NCBI RefSeq assembly: GCF_036365525.1
Contig: NC_090399.1
Location: 8,555,558-8,619,557 of the forward strand
From: Heterodontus francisci
Lineage: Eukaryota
Length of the DNA: 64,000 bases
Direction: 5' to 3'
In this document: piece after piece, positions 49,752 through 62,449 of the stretch
How the letters are laid out: every line of letters begins with the position of its first letter
How positions within the stretch are numbered: the stretch's first letter is position 1
Translations under genes and position numbers: made by a program
The notes under the pieces: model-generated
Told to the model about the DNA's origin: nothing
The model's database searches: none
What the model saw: only the letters and a program-made list of their open reading frames with translations

Positions 49752-51039
49752 CTGAAAATGACAGTTAAGAGCAGTAACAATAAGAGTAATGGGGAGGGTT
49801 GAGTAACCAGCAATTGTATAAACAAACTCAGACTAGATCACTTCAAAGCAAAACTGACATTTTTGCTGCAAGTTAAAAACTACAATCTATACCTTCATAA
49901 TAAAATCCAACTTTGTCTAAACAGAATACTTATCCAACTTTGAAATGAAACTTCAGAACACGTCCTAGTACAGAAACATGGGAGCCAATAATGCAGCCTT
50001 GGTTTCCAACTGTTAGAACTGCTTTGTGTTCTCAGGCATGAAGGCCTACTTCAACACTCCATGTGCAGTGCATGTAAACATGGCCCCGAATAACTTCATG
50101 TGCACAGAGGCTCGTGAAGCCCCAGTGTTTTAAGCTGGTGGGGGGGGGGGGGGGGGGATGTCCCATTATGTTCAGACACTACAGGCAGAACACTCCAGAT
50201 GCTCAGTCCCAAGGCTAAACAAGGTTCTGATGCACAGTCCTCAACCTGAAATGTTAAATCTTTTTCTCTCTCCACAGATGCTGTCAAACCTACTCAGCAT
50301 TTCTGGCATTTGCTGTTTTGAATGAAACAAAAGGAAGCCAATGGAAAAATTCCATGAGTAATTGCTGGCTATCTTCTCCAAGTAGAACCATGCCTCACTC
50401 AGCATGAATGGGCCTCCAAATGGGCTTACTTAGCTTAAAAACAAAATACAGGTACAGCCTTTTGAGAGCAGCTGCAGCTGGATAGGCACGCCCGCACTTC
50501 CCCACCACTCTACAACCTTGGCATGCTCCAGAGTGTCATGTGCTAATGTTCTGAGATGTTAATCTGCCTTATCATGCAAGCAGCCAAGTGCAGAAAGTGT
50601 CATTAGCAATGACAAGATAGTTGGCATGTTAAGGAAATGTAGGTTAACTGGATGGGAATGAAATAGCAGCTCAAGGCACAGGTATGTCCCTTATTCAACT
50701 GGACATCACAGCTCTGATATAATGTTTGTTGTATATCTGAGCACCAGCATTCCAAACTAGCAACGGAAGGACATATTTGGGAAGCGGAAAATGTCAGGGC
50801 AGACTATGAAACAGATTGTCGGAGTCAGACAGCAGCTGCGCTCATCACAGAATGTGAAAGGGTCAGTTAAAAGGCAAATTAAACTAACAGACTGAGGAAG
50901 ATTATTTTTTCTCCCTATTTGCTCTATGCTCTAATCTGGCAGTGAGGATCCAAATTACACCCAGGTCTTCTCCAGAGCACAACACAATATCGAAAAATTG
51001 ATGGTCCAACTGGGTAAGGGAGAAGAATAAAAAAGTGAA

Positions 51040-51480
51040 AAGATTAAACAGGCTGGGTTTCCTTGCTCTGGGAAAGAGAGAAAGCTGAGTGGTGATCTGA
51101 CAGAGGTCTTTCAGATGATGAAAAGGTTTGATTGGGTAGACTTAGAAAAGATGTTTCCACTTGTGAGGGAGACCAGAACTAGGAACCATAAATACAAGAT
51201 AGTCACTAATAAATCCAATGGTGAATTCAGGAGCAACTTCTTTACGACCCAGAATGTGGTGAGAATGTGGAACTCGCTAGCACAGGGGAGTAGTTGAGGT
51301 GGATAGTAAAGATTTATTTACAAGAAGATAGAGACGTACTTGAGAGAGAAAATAATAGAAGGATATGTTAATAGAGTTAGATGGAGAGTGGTTGGAGGAG
51401 GCTCATATGAAGCATGAACATTAGCATGGGCCTGTTGAGCAAAATGGCCTGTTTCTACACTTTGTAACTACTTTGTAATA
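51040..51480 (+). mobile_element. Old CR1 3' fragment
   Basis: KMFPLV-x-ETRTR-x-H and VVRMWNSL remnants. Confidence 0.7.
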
Positions 51481-51965
51481 CTCTGGCTAAAAGGAGCTAA
51501 ACTGGTTGGTACATAGTCAGGGTCATCATTTGACCTCAAGCAACTTCAGTTTACATTTAACTTCGGAAGATGGAATCTTTTTTTTTTAACTAATTTAATA
51601 TGTGCAGCATTCCCAGCTCTCAGTTTCAAGAGGCCTCTAATTCCTGAATTTAAATGTGAACATTACTTCTTTACCTGCCTCTATAAACAGATGTTAGTTA
51701 CAAAGTCTTTAAAAGTTGAACAAAAATTTAAAACAAATGTAAATTTAAACAGGAATCAGAATCTCTGAAGAATCCAATCCAAAGTGCAATTCATCAGTAA
51801 GAAGACAAGACTGAGGGGGGTTAGTACAACTCCAGTAACCTTCAATGAAATTTAATTATGGACTACACCAAATCAATAGCTGGACTCGCACCAGTTATAC
51901 AGTGTTCAATTCAACATCGCCTGAGTGATGGTTTGAGCCCTTTCATTCCATCATTGAGTACGTAC

Positions 51966-52088
51966 CTAAAATAGGCCAATTGTAGTGCCATTTGAACAAA
52001 GGAATCTGGACTCATGCCATGTAGTTTGGGGAAATCTTTGCCAAAGTTCCTGTAGGTGAAGCAGCTGATATCCAAGTCATTAACTAAA
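51966..52088 (-). CDS. CRAT-like exon (LVNDLDISCFTYRNFGKDFPKLHGMSPDSFVQMALQLAYFR)
   Basis: gttacag| ... |gtacgt; 123 nt; FGKDFPK and SPD-x-F-x-QMALQLAY family signature. Confidence 0.95.
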
Positions 52089-52558
52089 CTGTAACAGAAA
52101 TACAGTTTCAGCTGAGTGTGTAATTTACAATTCCACAAGAACTTACTAAGGAAAAACTATGCTCAGATTAAGAATAGGATGGTCTCATTAAAATCCAGGC
52201 CTACATCACAACCAGTACATGAAGAAATCCTTGTTTGGTTTCCATGCTTTGCCAGCAGAATTGGTTTATAACATGATCTTCTGTACTTGCTAAGATACAA
52301 AACTCTACATAGAAACACTTCTGCAGCATGCAAAGCATCTCCTTTATCCAATCATCCCCATTAACCAAACATTATTATCTGCAGGAATGCAGCTGCCTAT
52401 TAATTAAAGGGCTTATTACAGAAACCTGGGAAAATCCATTATGTTTTCCATTAACCGTTCAAGGTTAAGCACAACGGCAAATACTGACCTTAAAGCAGCT
52501 TTCAAATTGTCAGGAGCAATTTCACTGTCTCATTAACTTTATACAATTTGTTATACAT

Positions 52559-53987
52559 GGGGTAGAGTTTCCCTGGTGGCTACAAATCAGTGATCCAGGT
52601 GCAAACGCTGCCAATCTTGAGTAGTGATTTATCCTGGAGTTTCCGTTCAAACTCATTTGCATACCGCCAAACACAAAATTCCTCATCAGCCAGGGCAATC
52701 AGGTACCATTTCAAAATGTTATTGTTGTTTTCAAACTTGCTTCAAAAAATATTTTTTGATATATTTTAAGAGTGGTAACTTGGTGCAATTTTATTAATAG
52801 GGTTCATCACAAAAAATAAGCATTTTAAATCACTAAAAATGACTTTTAAAATATGTATAGGAATATTTGCTAGTTATACTGGTCAGTTTCTTAGTCAGTA
52901 AAAAGTAGCATTTGTGCCACACAAGTGCCAGGCAATGAGCATCTCTAATGAGTGAATCTAACCATCTCCCCTTGACATTCAATTGCATTACCATCGCTGA
53001 ATCCCCCACCATCAACATCCTGGACGTTACCATTGACCAGAAACTTAACTGGACCAACCACATAAGTACTGTAGCTGCAAGAGCAGGTCAGAGGCTGGCT
53101 ATTATGTGGTGAGTAACCCACATCCTGATTCTTCAAAGCCTATCCAGCTACAAGGCACAAGTCAGGAGTGTGATGGAATACTCTCCACTTGCCTGGATGG
53201 GTGCAGCTCCAACAACACTCAAGAAGCTTGACATCATCCAGGACAAAGCAACTCGCTTGATCGACATCCCATCCATCACCTTAAATGTTCACTCCATCCA
53301 CCACCAGTGCACAGTGGCAGCAGTGTGTACCATCTACAAGATGCACTGCAGTAACTTACTGAAACCCCTTCAACAGTACCTCACAAACCCACAACCTCTA
53401 CCACCCAGAAGAGCAAGGGCAGCAGGCACCATCTGCAAGTTGCCCTCCAACTCACACACCATCCTGACTTGGAACTATATCGCCGTTCCTTCACAATCGC
53501 TGGATCAAGATCCTGGAACTCCCTTCCTAACAGCACTGTGACTGTGCCTACACTTGGACCTGGACTGCAGCAGTTCTAAATGGCAGCTCATCACTACCTT
53601 TTCAGGGGCAATTTGGGATGGGCAACAAATGCTGTCCTTGCCGGTGACACCCTCATCCCATGAATGAATAAAAAATAACTTTCAAAAGTGTTCCTATTTG
53701 TATCCTTGCACCCAAAAGAACCAGCTTAATTTTCAGAGCTTCCTGGAAAGCCAGGAAATAGGCGCAATTTGTGGAAACTCCCAATGGTGACCACTTCGTC
53801 CTGCAATCATGGCCAGTTTTATGCATGGGGCCAGCTTCTAGTTCGATGTTTTCTAAACTATTGCCCAAGATTGTGAAAACTTGATTTGTGCTGAATTTGG
53901 AATTCCGTGATCCTTTGGGCTGGTTTAGCCAATTTCATGTCATTGCTCCGGAAAAAAACTCACGTAATAAAATGGAAACTCTACCCC
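52559..53987. mobile_element. Non-autonomous TIR element (Harbinger-like MITE) with a nested family B LINE (~52905-53675)
   Basis: Perfect 14-bp TIRs GGGGTAGAGTTTCC (52559-52572) and GGAAACTCTACCCC (53974-53987); flanks cat / gat. Confidence 0.7.
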
Positions 53988-54321
53988 GATGGCTTCTGGG
54001 CAGACACTCAGTGAGATTTCCTGGTGAGATTTCCTGTGGCAAAATTGTAAGTATATTCTTTATAGACATGGTTACAATTTCACCACACTGAGCGCACAGA
54101 GGAAATCTCCTCTCTGTGAGCTTTTGTGCATTCAGGATTATATTGAATCCATTGTACAGGGTGGAAGCTCACGCTCTGAGAAGGAAGAGGAAAAACTAGA
54201 TTGGACGGTGATGTATAAATAAGACAGTTGAATAGCGGGTTCTAAACATTTAGGCTTTCTTTCATTACATGCATCCAATCCCACAAATACATCAGGCATA
54301 ACTGACAGCTACAATACTCAC

Positions 54322-54441
54322 ATGTCCAGATTCTGTTTGGCGTGCTCAATGTCTCTTTTTATCTCTGGAGTGATGTAAAAATAAAGTTTCTTGGGTAATG
54401 GCAGAGGAATCATGGGAGCTCGAACTGTATCTGGGTCCTTA
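54322..54441 (-). CDS. CRAT-like exon (KDPDTVRAPMIPLPLPKKLYFYITPEIKRDIEHAKQNLD)
   Basis: ctttctag| ... |gtgagt; 120 nt; aligns to CrAT [33 protein letters not shown]. Confidence 0.95.
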
Positions 54442-55250
54442 CTAGAAAGGCCATACATGAATTTAAGGTTTTTATCTTCCATAAACAAGAACATTGATTT
54501 TTTTTTAAAACACAGCACGGCATCAATTAAAAGTTAAGTATTATACAAAGATAATGCTGGACGTTCATTATATACATATCACCTCATTCCCTACAGAGGT
54601 CAAGTGAGCCCGAGTTAAGAAACTGGTTACAGCTGTTGTCCATGTCAGTCAGTGGAGACAGTGGGCAGGGATGTGTTACTGTCGTCCCATCCAGTGGGAG
54701 ATGGAACTAACCTGCCTTACAACTGGTTCCGACCCTTCCAAATCTCACACTGACTTTTGGATTCAGCGCTCCATCCCTGTCTCCATTAAAGCACTGCCCA
54801 GGGGTTTAAACTTACAACCTCCTATTTGGGGTGTTCAGACTGATCATGGAAAACCACAAAGATATACATAGTTCTTCACACATTTCTTACTTTAAACAAA
54901 TTCCATATATTTACCAGATTAAACTGACTTCCAAATGTACCCTGAATAAAAATATCAGATTGTTCTGCCATCTCTGCAGCTATTAAATCACTCCTGACTA
55001 AACAAGAGCCATGTTTATTGTTAAGTAGAGTATAAAAGTACTCGGAATACTATTCAATGGGCTGTACATCTGCAAATTAGATTGAATTGTATCCATCAAT
55101 TAAAAACACAGATAGAAAATATTTGGGTCCAATTTCTACTCAACGCTGCATAGTAATTCTTCAGGGGTGACCATTCATGTCTAGTGTAAAGACTTAATGG
55201 CTTGTGCGAAGTTAAAAATGATGTCTGAATACAATGCTGGTGACATGGAC

Positions 55251-55716
55251 GGGTGTCATTTGTGGCTTAGTTGGTAGCACTCTTGCCTCAGAGTCAGAAG
55301 GTTGTGGGGTTCAAGTCTTACTCCAGGACTTGAACACAAATTAAAACTGACACTCCGGTACAGTCCTGAGGGAGGGCTGCACTGTCGGAGGTGTTGTCTG
55401 TTGACTGAGATGTTAAACCAAGGCCCCATCTAGCCTCTCAGGTGGACGTAAAAGACCCCAAGGCACTATTTTGAAGAAGAGCAGGGGAATTATCCCAGGT
55501 ATCTTAACCAATATTTATCCCTCAATCAACATCACTAAAACAGATTATCTGGTCATTATCACATTGCTGTTTGTGGGAGCTTGCTGTGTGTAAGTTGGCT
55601 ACCATGTATTCTACATTACAACAGTGACGACACTTCGAAAGTATTTCACTGGCTGTAAAGCATTTTGGGTTGTCCTGTGGTTGTGAAAGGTGCTCAATAA
55701 ATGCAAGTCTTTCTTT
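55251..55716 (+). mobile_element. Full-length DeuSINE (SacSINE1-like)
   Basis: A-box tggcttagttggt, B-box ggttcaagtc, Deu-like core and L2-type tail taaatgcaagtctttcttt. Confidence 0.82.
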
Positions 55717-56037
55717 ATTGGTAGACCAGTGCTGAATGCCAAAGATGCTCACTTGACTTTGCTCTGCTGCTATCCTAACAGAGGCCGTAACATAATTGAT
55801 ATAAATAAGTTAATGTCTCTATTCAAATAGCAGACAAAAGCAAACACACTATGCACATCCCCTCTATATCAACAACAGTAATTATCAGTCTTCTGAATTA
55901 AGTCAATTTTCAATCATCTGCATGCTCTCTTAAGCACAGATAATACAAGAGGAGAAAAATGGGGACACATTTAGAAGTTAAACAACATCTTAAGTAAGTC
56001 ACTAAAAAGGATTTTGCTTCATTCTGCACTTTCTTAC

Positions 56038-56138
56038 CAATAATCTAGAACATGATCTAATATGGTGACAATGGGTGGGCCCTCTGCAGAAGACTGTTCA
56101 TATATAACACCACAGGATCCATCCTCCCCGACAATGAA
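56038..56138 (-). CDS. CRAT-like active-site exon (FIVGEDGSCGVIYEQSSAEGPPIVTILDHVLDY); catalytic His replaced by Gln
   Basis: gttacag| ... |gtaag; 101 nt; aligns without gaps to CrAT FIVAEDGSCGLVYEHAAAEGPPIVTLLDYV. Not in the ORF track. Confidence 0.95.
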
Positions 56139-56929
56139 CTGTAACATAATCAGATAATCTTAGATACTCAGGTACAAGAGATATTGCAGGACATTAGTCC
56201 AGCTGGTTTATTTTCTTCATTCATACATGATATACACCAGGTAAAATTAATTTGCATTCAGAATCAGAACTAGGATAAGACAGAAATCTTGGTTACCAGG
56301 ACAACAGGGAACTTGTCAGATCAAACAAACAGATCAAAGTTTTTTTTTGAAAAGTAGAGGCTGCAGGGTTCTAGCATCTGAAGAACAATGGGTTTCACCT
56401 TCCCAGATTTTCAGATTATAAACAAGGAGTCAGGTGATTCTAAAGATGTAAATGTGCATGGTAGCTGGAAACAATGAAAATCTCAGGTGGCTCTGCTGAA
56501 GCCAGACTTGTGGACTTTGCATATTGGAAAAGGATAACAGGCTATTGACTTGTGATTCCAGATAAATGTAACAGATTTTCTGAAGATAGACAGGCTGTAA
56601 GAAAGGAGGACAACTGGCGGTGGCAGTCTTGAGAGAGAGAGGGAACGGCTGCTCTCAGAAGATTCACAGCAAAAGGCTGTGAAGACTCAAACTTGTTCTG
56701 AAAGTTGAAATTTGCAGAGAAGAAAAGACCAACAGGATCACCAGGAATTGCCTCCACAGATGTCCAGGTTGAAAGTGTTCAGAGAAATGAATGAAGAAGA
56801 TATGGATTTTTGAAAAGCTCTGGGCAATCCAACCCATTGCAACTGGGAGGAATTTGGGATTTTTAACCACAAAGATTTTTCCATCAAAGAGGATTGTGTA
56901 ATGCGTAAGTGTGGTTTTCAAGTGTTTTA

Positions 56930-57330
56930 CACATTGTACAGCGAGTTCGCCACTGGTATCAGACCCACCGGCTGTCCATGTCTCCGCTTTAAAGACGTCT
57001 GCAAACGTGACATGAAGTCCTGTGACATTGATCACAAGTTGTGGGAGTCAGTTGCCAGCGTTCGCCAGAGCTGGCGGGCAGCCATAAAGGCAGGGCTAAT
57101 GAGTAGCGAGTCGAAGAGACTTAGCAGTTGGCAGGAAAAAAGACAGAAGTGCAAGGAGAGAGCCAACTGTGTAACAGCCCCAACAAACAAATTTTTCTGC
57201 AGCACCTGTGGAAGAGCCTGTCACTCTAGAATTGGCCTTTATAGCCACTCCAGGCGCTGCTCCACACACCACTGACCACCTCCAGGCGCTTACCCATTGT
57301 CTCTCGAGACAAGGAGGCCAAAGAAGAAAT
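56930..57330 (+). mobile_element. RTE LINE 3' end
   Basis: Near-identical to 44603-45000; C2H2-like C-terminus CSTCGRACHSRIGLYSH. Confidence 0.9.
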
Positions 57331-57689
57331 AAGAAAATACTTTTCTTTGTAAATTGGACGATCAACTACTTCCAAAGTACTACTTAGTTAATGGGGATTT
57401 CTTCTAGTTTAGTTTTTCTAATAAAAGTCTTCAAATATGAAATCTTGTAATTCTTTAAATTGGGCTCCAGGTTCGTAACTCATATTTTAATGTGAATGGT
57501 CTCACTGAGATTGAAACAGTAGTGATTACAGTACTGGACAAGCAACCCAGTGAGTTTAAATTATATCATGACAAGTTCAGAAATTTAGGGAACGATCTGG
57601 CCATTTGTGGGCAGTCCGAGAATGAATGACCATGAAGGGATGCAGAGTGCCATAAAAATTCCACTGGCTCACTGCGAAGGAAACGTGCT

Positions 57690-59480
57690 TTTTTTATTCA
57701 TTCATGGGATGTGGGCATCACTGGCTAGGCCAACATTTATTGCCCATCTCTAATTGTCTTTGAGAAGGTGGTGGTGGTGCCTTATTGAACCGCTGCAGTC
57801 CATGTGGGGTAGGTACACTCACAGTGCTGTTAGGAAGGGTGATCCAGGATTTTGACCCAGGAACGGTGATATAGTTCCAAGTCAGGATGGTGTGTGGCTT
57901 GGAGGGGAACTTGCAGGTGGTGCTGTTCCTATGCATTTGCTGCCCTTGTCCTTCTAGGTGGGAGAGGTCACGGGTTTGGAAGGTACTGCCTGAGTAGCCT
58001 TGGTGAGTTGCTGCAGTGCATCTTGTCAATGTACACTCTGCTGCCACTGTGCGTCATTGGTGGAGGGAGTGAATGTTTGTGGACAGGGAGCCAATCAAGT
58101 GGGCAGCTTTGTCCTGGATGGTGTCGAGCTTCTTGAGTGTATTGCAGCTGCACTCATCCTGGCAAGTGGAGAGTATTCCATCACACTCCTGACTTGTGCC
58201 TTGTAGATGGTGGACAGGCTTTGGGGAGTTAGGAGGTGAGTTACTTGCCGCACGATTCCTAGCCTCTGACCTGCTCTTGTAGCCACGGTATTTATATGGT
58301 TACTCCAGTTCAGTTTCTGGTCAATGGTAACGCCCAGGATGTTGGTAGTGGGAGATTCAGCAATGTTAATGCTGTTGAATGTCAAGGGGGGATGGGTAGA
58401 TTCTCTCTTGTTGGAGATGGTCATTGCCTGGCACTTGTCAGGTGCAAATGTTACTTGCCACTTATCAGCCCAAGCCTGGATATTGTCCAGGTCTTGCTGC
58501 ATTTCTACACGGACTGCTTCAGTATCTGAGGAGTCGTGAATGGTGCTGAACATTGTGCAATCATCAGCGAACATCCCCACTTCTGACCTTATGATTGAAG
58601 GAAGGTCATTGATGAAGCAGCTGAAGATGGCTGGGCCTAGGACACTACCCTGAGGAACTCCTGCAGTAATGTCCTGGTGACCTCCACCAACCATAATCAT
58701 CTACTTTTGTGCTAGGGATGACTCCAAACAGTAGAGAGTTTTCCCCCTGATTCCCATTGACTCCAGTTTTGCTAGGGCTCCTTGATATCATACTCAGTCA
58801 AATGCTGCCTTGATGTCAAGGGCAGTCACTCTCACCTCACCTCTTGAGTTCAGCTCTTTTGTCCATGTTTGAACCAAGGCTGTAATGAGGTCAGGAGCTG
58901 AGTGGCCCTGGCAGAACCCAAATTGAGCGTCACTGAGCAGATTATTGCTAAGCAAGTGCCGCTTGATAGCACTGTCAACGACACCTTCCATCACTTTACT
59001 GATGATTGAGAGTAGACTGATGGGGCAGTAATTGGCCAGGTTGGATTTGTCCTGCTTTTTGTGTACAGGACATACCTGGGCAATTTTTCACATTGTCAGG
59101 TAGATGCCAGTGTTGTAGCTGTACTGGAACAGCTTGGCTAGGGGCGCAGCAAGTTCTGGAGCACAAGTCTTCAATACTGTTGCTGGAATTTTGTCAGGGT
59201 CGTAGCCTTTGTAGTATCCAGTGCCTTCAGTCATTTCTTGACATCATGTGGAGTGAATCCAACTGGCTGAAGACTGGCATCTGTGATGCTGGGAACTTCA
59301 GGAGGGGGGCCGAGATGGATCATCCACTTGGCACTTCTGGCTGAAGATTGTTGCAAATGCTTCAGCCTTATCATTCGCACTGATGTGCTGGGCTCCCCCA
59401 TCATTGAGGATGAAGATATTTGTGGAGCCACCTCCTCCAGTTAGTTGTTTAATTGTCCACCACCATTCACGACTGGATTT
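57690..59480 (-). mobile_element. LINE family B, longest copy (RT domain to 3' end)
   Basis: AQFGF, ALDIKAAFD, GVPQGSVLGP and MFADD; family B tail. Confidence 0.9.
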
Positions 59481-60124
59481 CTACCAGGTCTGGCCTAGTC
59501 ATGACTCTAGTCCCACTGTCAGGTTGATGCTCTCGGTTGTAAAAAAAAAACAAGTCGGCAAGGCAACTAGGGACGAGGGTAATAAATGTGACCTTGGCAT
59601 CATTGTTCACATCCCAAGGATAAATTATTTTCAAAAATATTCCCTGGACTATCCAATCATCTCTTATCAATTATTTATCCCCAACCTTTACATTCTACTC
59701 AACCGGATATCAATCTACTCTTATTTTTGTGAAGAACCCAATGAACACAGTAAACAAAGTCTATATGTCCCCGCACTCCTGGTGTAAGAAGAGTGTAAAC
59801 GGTACAAATTGTGTGCCCGGCAGAGGAGCCATTATCTTCATGCAAGGAATGATAAAACAGCTAGTATTCATTTATCTAACTTCGCACATGCAGCAAGCAT
59901 GTAACTAGCACACACTTCCTGTACAAATCACATTGAGCTCCCACATGTAATAGCTCCCAGCACTGGATCGATATGGAATTTAATGCTTTAAGACATTGTA
60001 AATAATAATACTTCTGAATGCTCAATGCAATTTCTTTATGGAAAGCATTTCACTGAGGGCATCAAGGAACTACACCTCTTTTTACAGTATAATGAGTTCA
60101 GCGTGCTGCCTCGGTCTCTTGTAC

Positions 60125-60303
60125 CTGCAGAGTTTTGTCAAACCAACGGTTTCCACTGTTCGAGTAGCTTCCTCCTCCATGCAGCATCTGAGCTGCCATG
60201 CGGCTGGTGTACTTCTCCTCAGAGATCTTCAGGACTGGAGAATCGAGACACACGGTGAAAATACTCTTCTGAATGGCCCGCACCGATTCTCTGTTCAGTT
60301 TGT
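60125..60303 (-). CDS. CRAT-like exon (DKLNRESVRAIQKSIFTVCLD...QMLHGGGSYSNSGNRWFDKTLQ)
   Basis: tcctcag| ... |gtac; 179 nt; LHGGG and NRWFDK motifs. Confidence 0.96.
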
Positions 60304-60354
60304 CTGAGGAAGATATCAATTGCTGTGTTACAGAAGGGAAAGTAAAAAATAAAG

Positions 60355-60720
60355 GAATGTGAGGAGGCCATTCAGCCACCTGAGCCTATTTCACTATTTA
60401 ACCAGATCACGGGTGGTGTGTAACTCAACTCCATTTACATGCCTTTGACCTACATCACTTCCCTTAACATCCTTACCAGTCTCAGTCTTAGAAAGTTCAA
60501 TTGGCCCCTAGCATCCACAGCCATTTGGGGGGTTGGGAGGGGAATGGCAGGGGAAAGAGTTCCAGATTTTCACTTCCCTTTGTTTGACAAAGTACTCCCT
60601 GATTTTGTTTTTGAACGGCCGAGCTCGAATTTTAAATTTGTGCACTCTTGTTCTTGATTTGCCCACCAGAGGAAATAAAATCTCTGTGTCTACTGTGTCA
60701 AATCCTTTCATCATTTTAGA
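60355..60720 (-). mobile_element. Old CR1 3' fragment
   Basis: MKGFD-x-VD-x-E-x-LFPLVG-x-SRTR-x-HKFKI. Confidence 0.7.
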
Positions 60721-60899
60721 CACATCAAGGAGCACATTGTACATTATATATACAGGAACTGTATGTACATTATATTTGTAGGAACAGTATCCAATACAAG
60801 GTAACTCTCTATCTAAATTAAATGTTCACTTATCCTCCAGTTCTAGTTCTTGCGAATGAGCCATTACACATTGTATTCCTGACATACAGTCCTTAACGT

Positions 60900-61850
60900 A
60901 TGGAGCATAAAATACTGCCAACAGTAGGAAGTTATGGTGAGCCTTTATAAAACACTGGTTCGGCCACATCTGGAGTACTCTGTCTAATTCTGGGCACCAC
61001 ACTTTCAGAAGGATGTGAAGGTTTTCGGGAGGGCGGCACAGTGGCGCAGTGGTTAGCACTGCAGCCTCACAGCTCCAGGGACCCGGGTTCGATTCTGGGT
61101 ACTGCCTGTGTGGAGGTTGCAAGTTCTCCCTGTGTCTGCGTGGGTTTTCTCCGGGTGCTCCGGTTTCCTCCCACAAGCCAAAAGACTTGCAGGTTGGTAG
61201 GTAAATTGACCATTATAAATTGTCACTAGTATAGGTAGGTGGTAGGGAAATATAGGGACAGGTGGGGATGTTTGGTAGGAATATAGGATTAGTGTAGGAT
61301 TAGTATAAATGGGTGGTTGATGGTCGGCACAGACTCGGTGGGCCGAAGGGCCTGTTTCAGTGCTGTATCTCTAATCTAATCAAAAGATTTACGAGAATGG
61401 TTGTAGGGATGAGGGACTTCAGTTCTGTGGACAGATTGGAGAAACTGGGGCTATTTCTCCTGAGAAAAGGTGAGAGCAGATTTGAGGGAGATGTTCAAAC
61501 CCATGAGGGGTCTAGATAGATTAGAGAGCAAAATGTTCCCCTTAGCAAAAGAGTCAAGAACCAGAGGACACAGGTTTAAAGTGATTGGCACAATAACTAA
61601 AGGCAACATGAGGAAAAACTTGTCTATTCAGAAAGTGGTGTGGTTAGGATGTGGAAATACACTACCTGAGAGAGTGGTGGAGGCAGATTCAATCAGGGCT
61701 TTCACAGGAGAATTGGGTAAGCAGTTGAGGGAAAACATCTGCAAAGCTCTGGAGACAGGGCAGGGGAGTGGGACTAACTAAACCGTACTTGCAGTGAGCC
61801 AGCACAGGCTCAATGGGCAGACTGGCCTCCTTCTGTGCTGTAACCATTCT
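60900..61850 (+). mobile_element. CR1 fragment interrupted by a V-SINE
   Basis: LYKTLVRPHLEY before the SINE and RFTRMV-x-GM after it. Confidence 0.75.
61031..61380 (+). mobile_element. V-SINE (HE1-type elasmobranch SINE)
   Basis: tRNA head (gtggcgcagtggttagc / gggttcgattc); V-domain gtctgcgtgggttttctccgggtgctccggtttcctcccaca; CR1-type tail gggccgaagggcctgtttc. Confidence 0.88.
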
Positions 61851-62449
61851 CACAGAATTGGTGACAAAAGAGAAAAATTTAAAGGCCTTTAACCAGAATG
61901 GAAGGAAATCCCAATTCAAAAATAACACTGTGGGGAAAACAATCTTCACAGATCAGGTGTAAAACCATATTTCATTTGTGCTACATGAATAGTGGGGATT
62001 CTTCAGAAAACTGGGCAGTGACACATCTTTCCTATTGTAGTTTTCCGTAATACCTTTTCCACTCTTCCCTCAAAAATCTGGATCTTCTTAAATTGGGTAA
62101 TGTTCCCTGACAGGATGGCTGAGATGTCCTAAGCCTTCTTGGTGATCTGAGTCAGTCCTATCCCTGCTTCATCTTCAGGTCGACTGTACGTACTAATACT
62201 GATGATCTTTGCCATTTCTTTCTCAAACTCTCCCCCAAACCCAACAGCTTCCTCCACTTAGTGGTGCACTTGACAACATTGAATCAGTCTTAAATAACTC
62301 TGGGCTCAATTGAGTTAACTTGTGGAAGCTTTATCGAGATTAAAATTGAATCATGATATTACAAACCAGTCATCTATTTCTCACAATTTAGTTTAAAAAC
62401 CAAATGGGTTCATCCCCTTTCCAGCATTGCAATCATTCCTAGATTCTAC

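Noticed and set aside
56290-57480. Second decayed solo LTR around the RTE insertion
   Set aside because: AATAAA and a gtaac-like end are suggestive, but no clear 5' TG terminus or TSD could be defined.
61031-61105. tRNA gene (also at 27778 and 55251)
   Set aside because: The A/B boxes are SINE heads that continue into SINE bodies and LINE-derived tails; no full cloverleaf.
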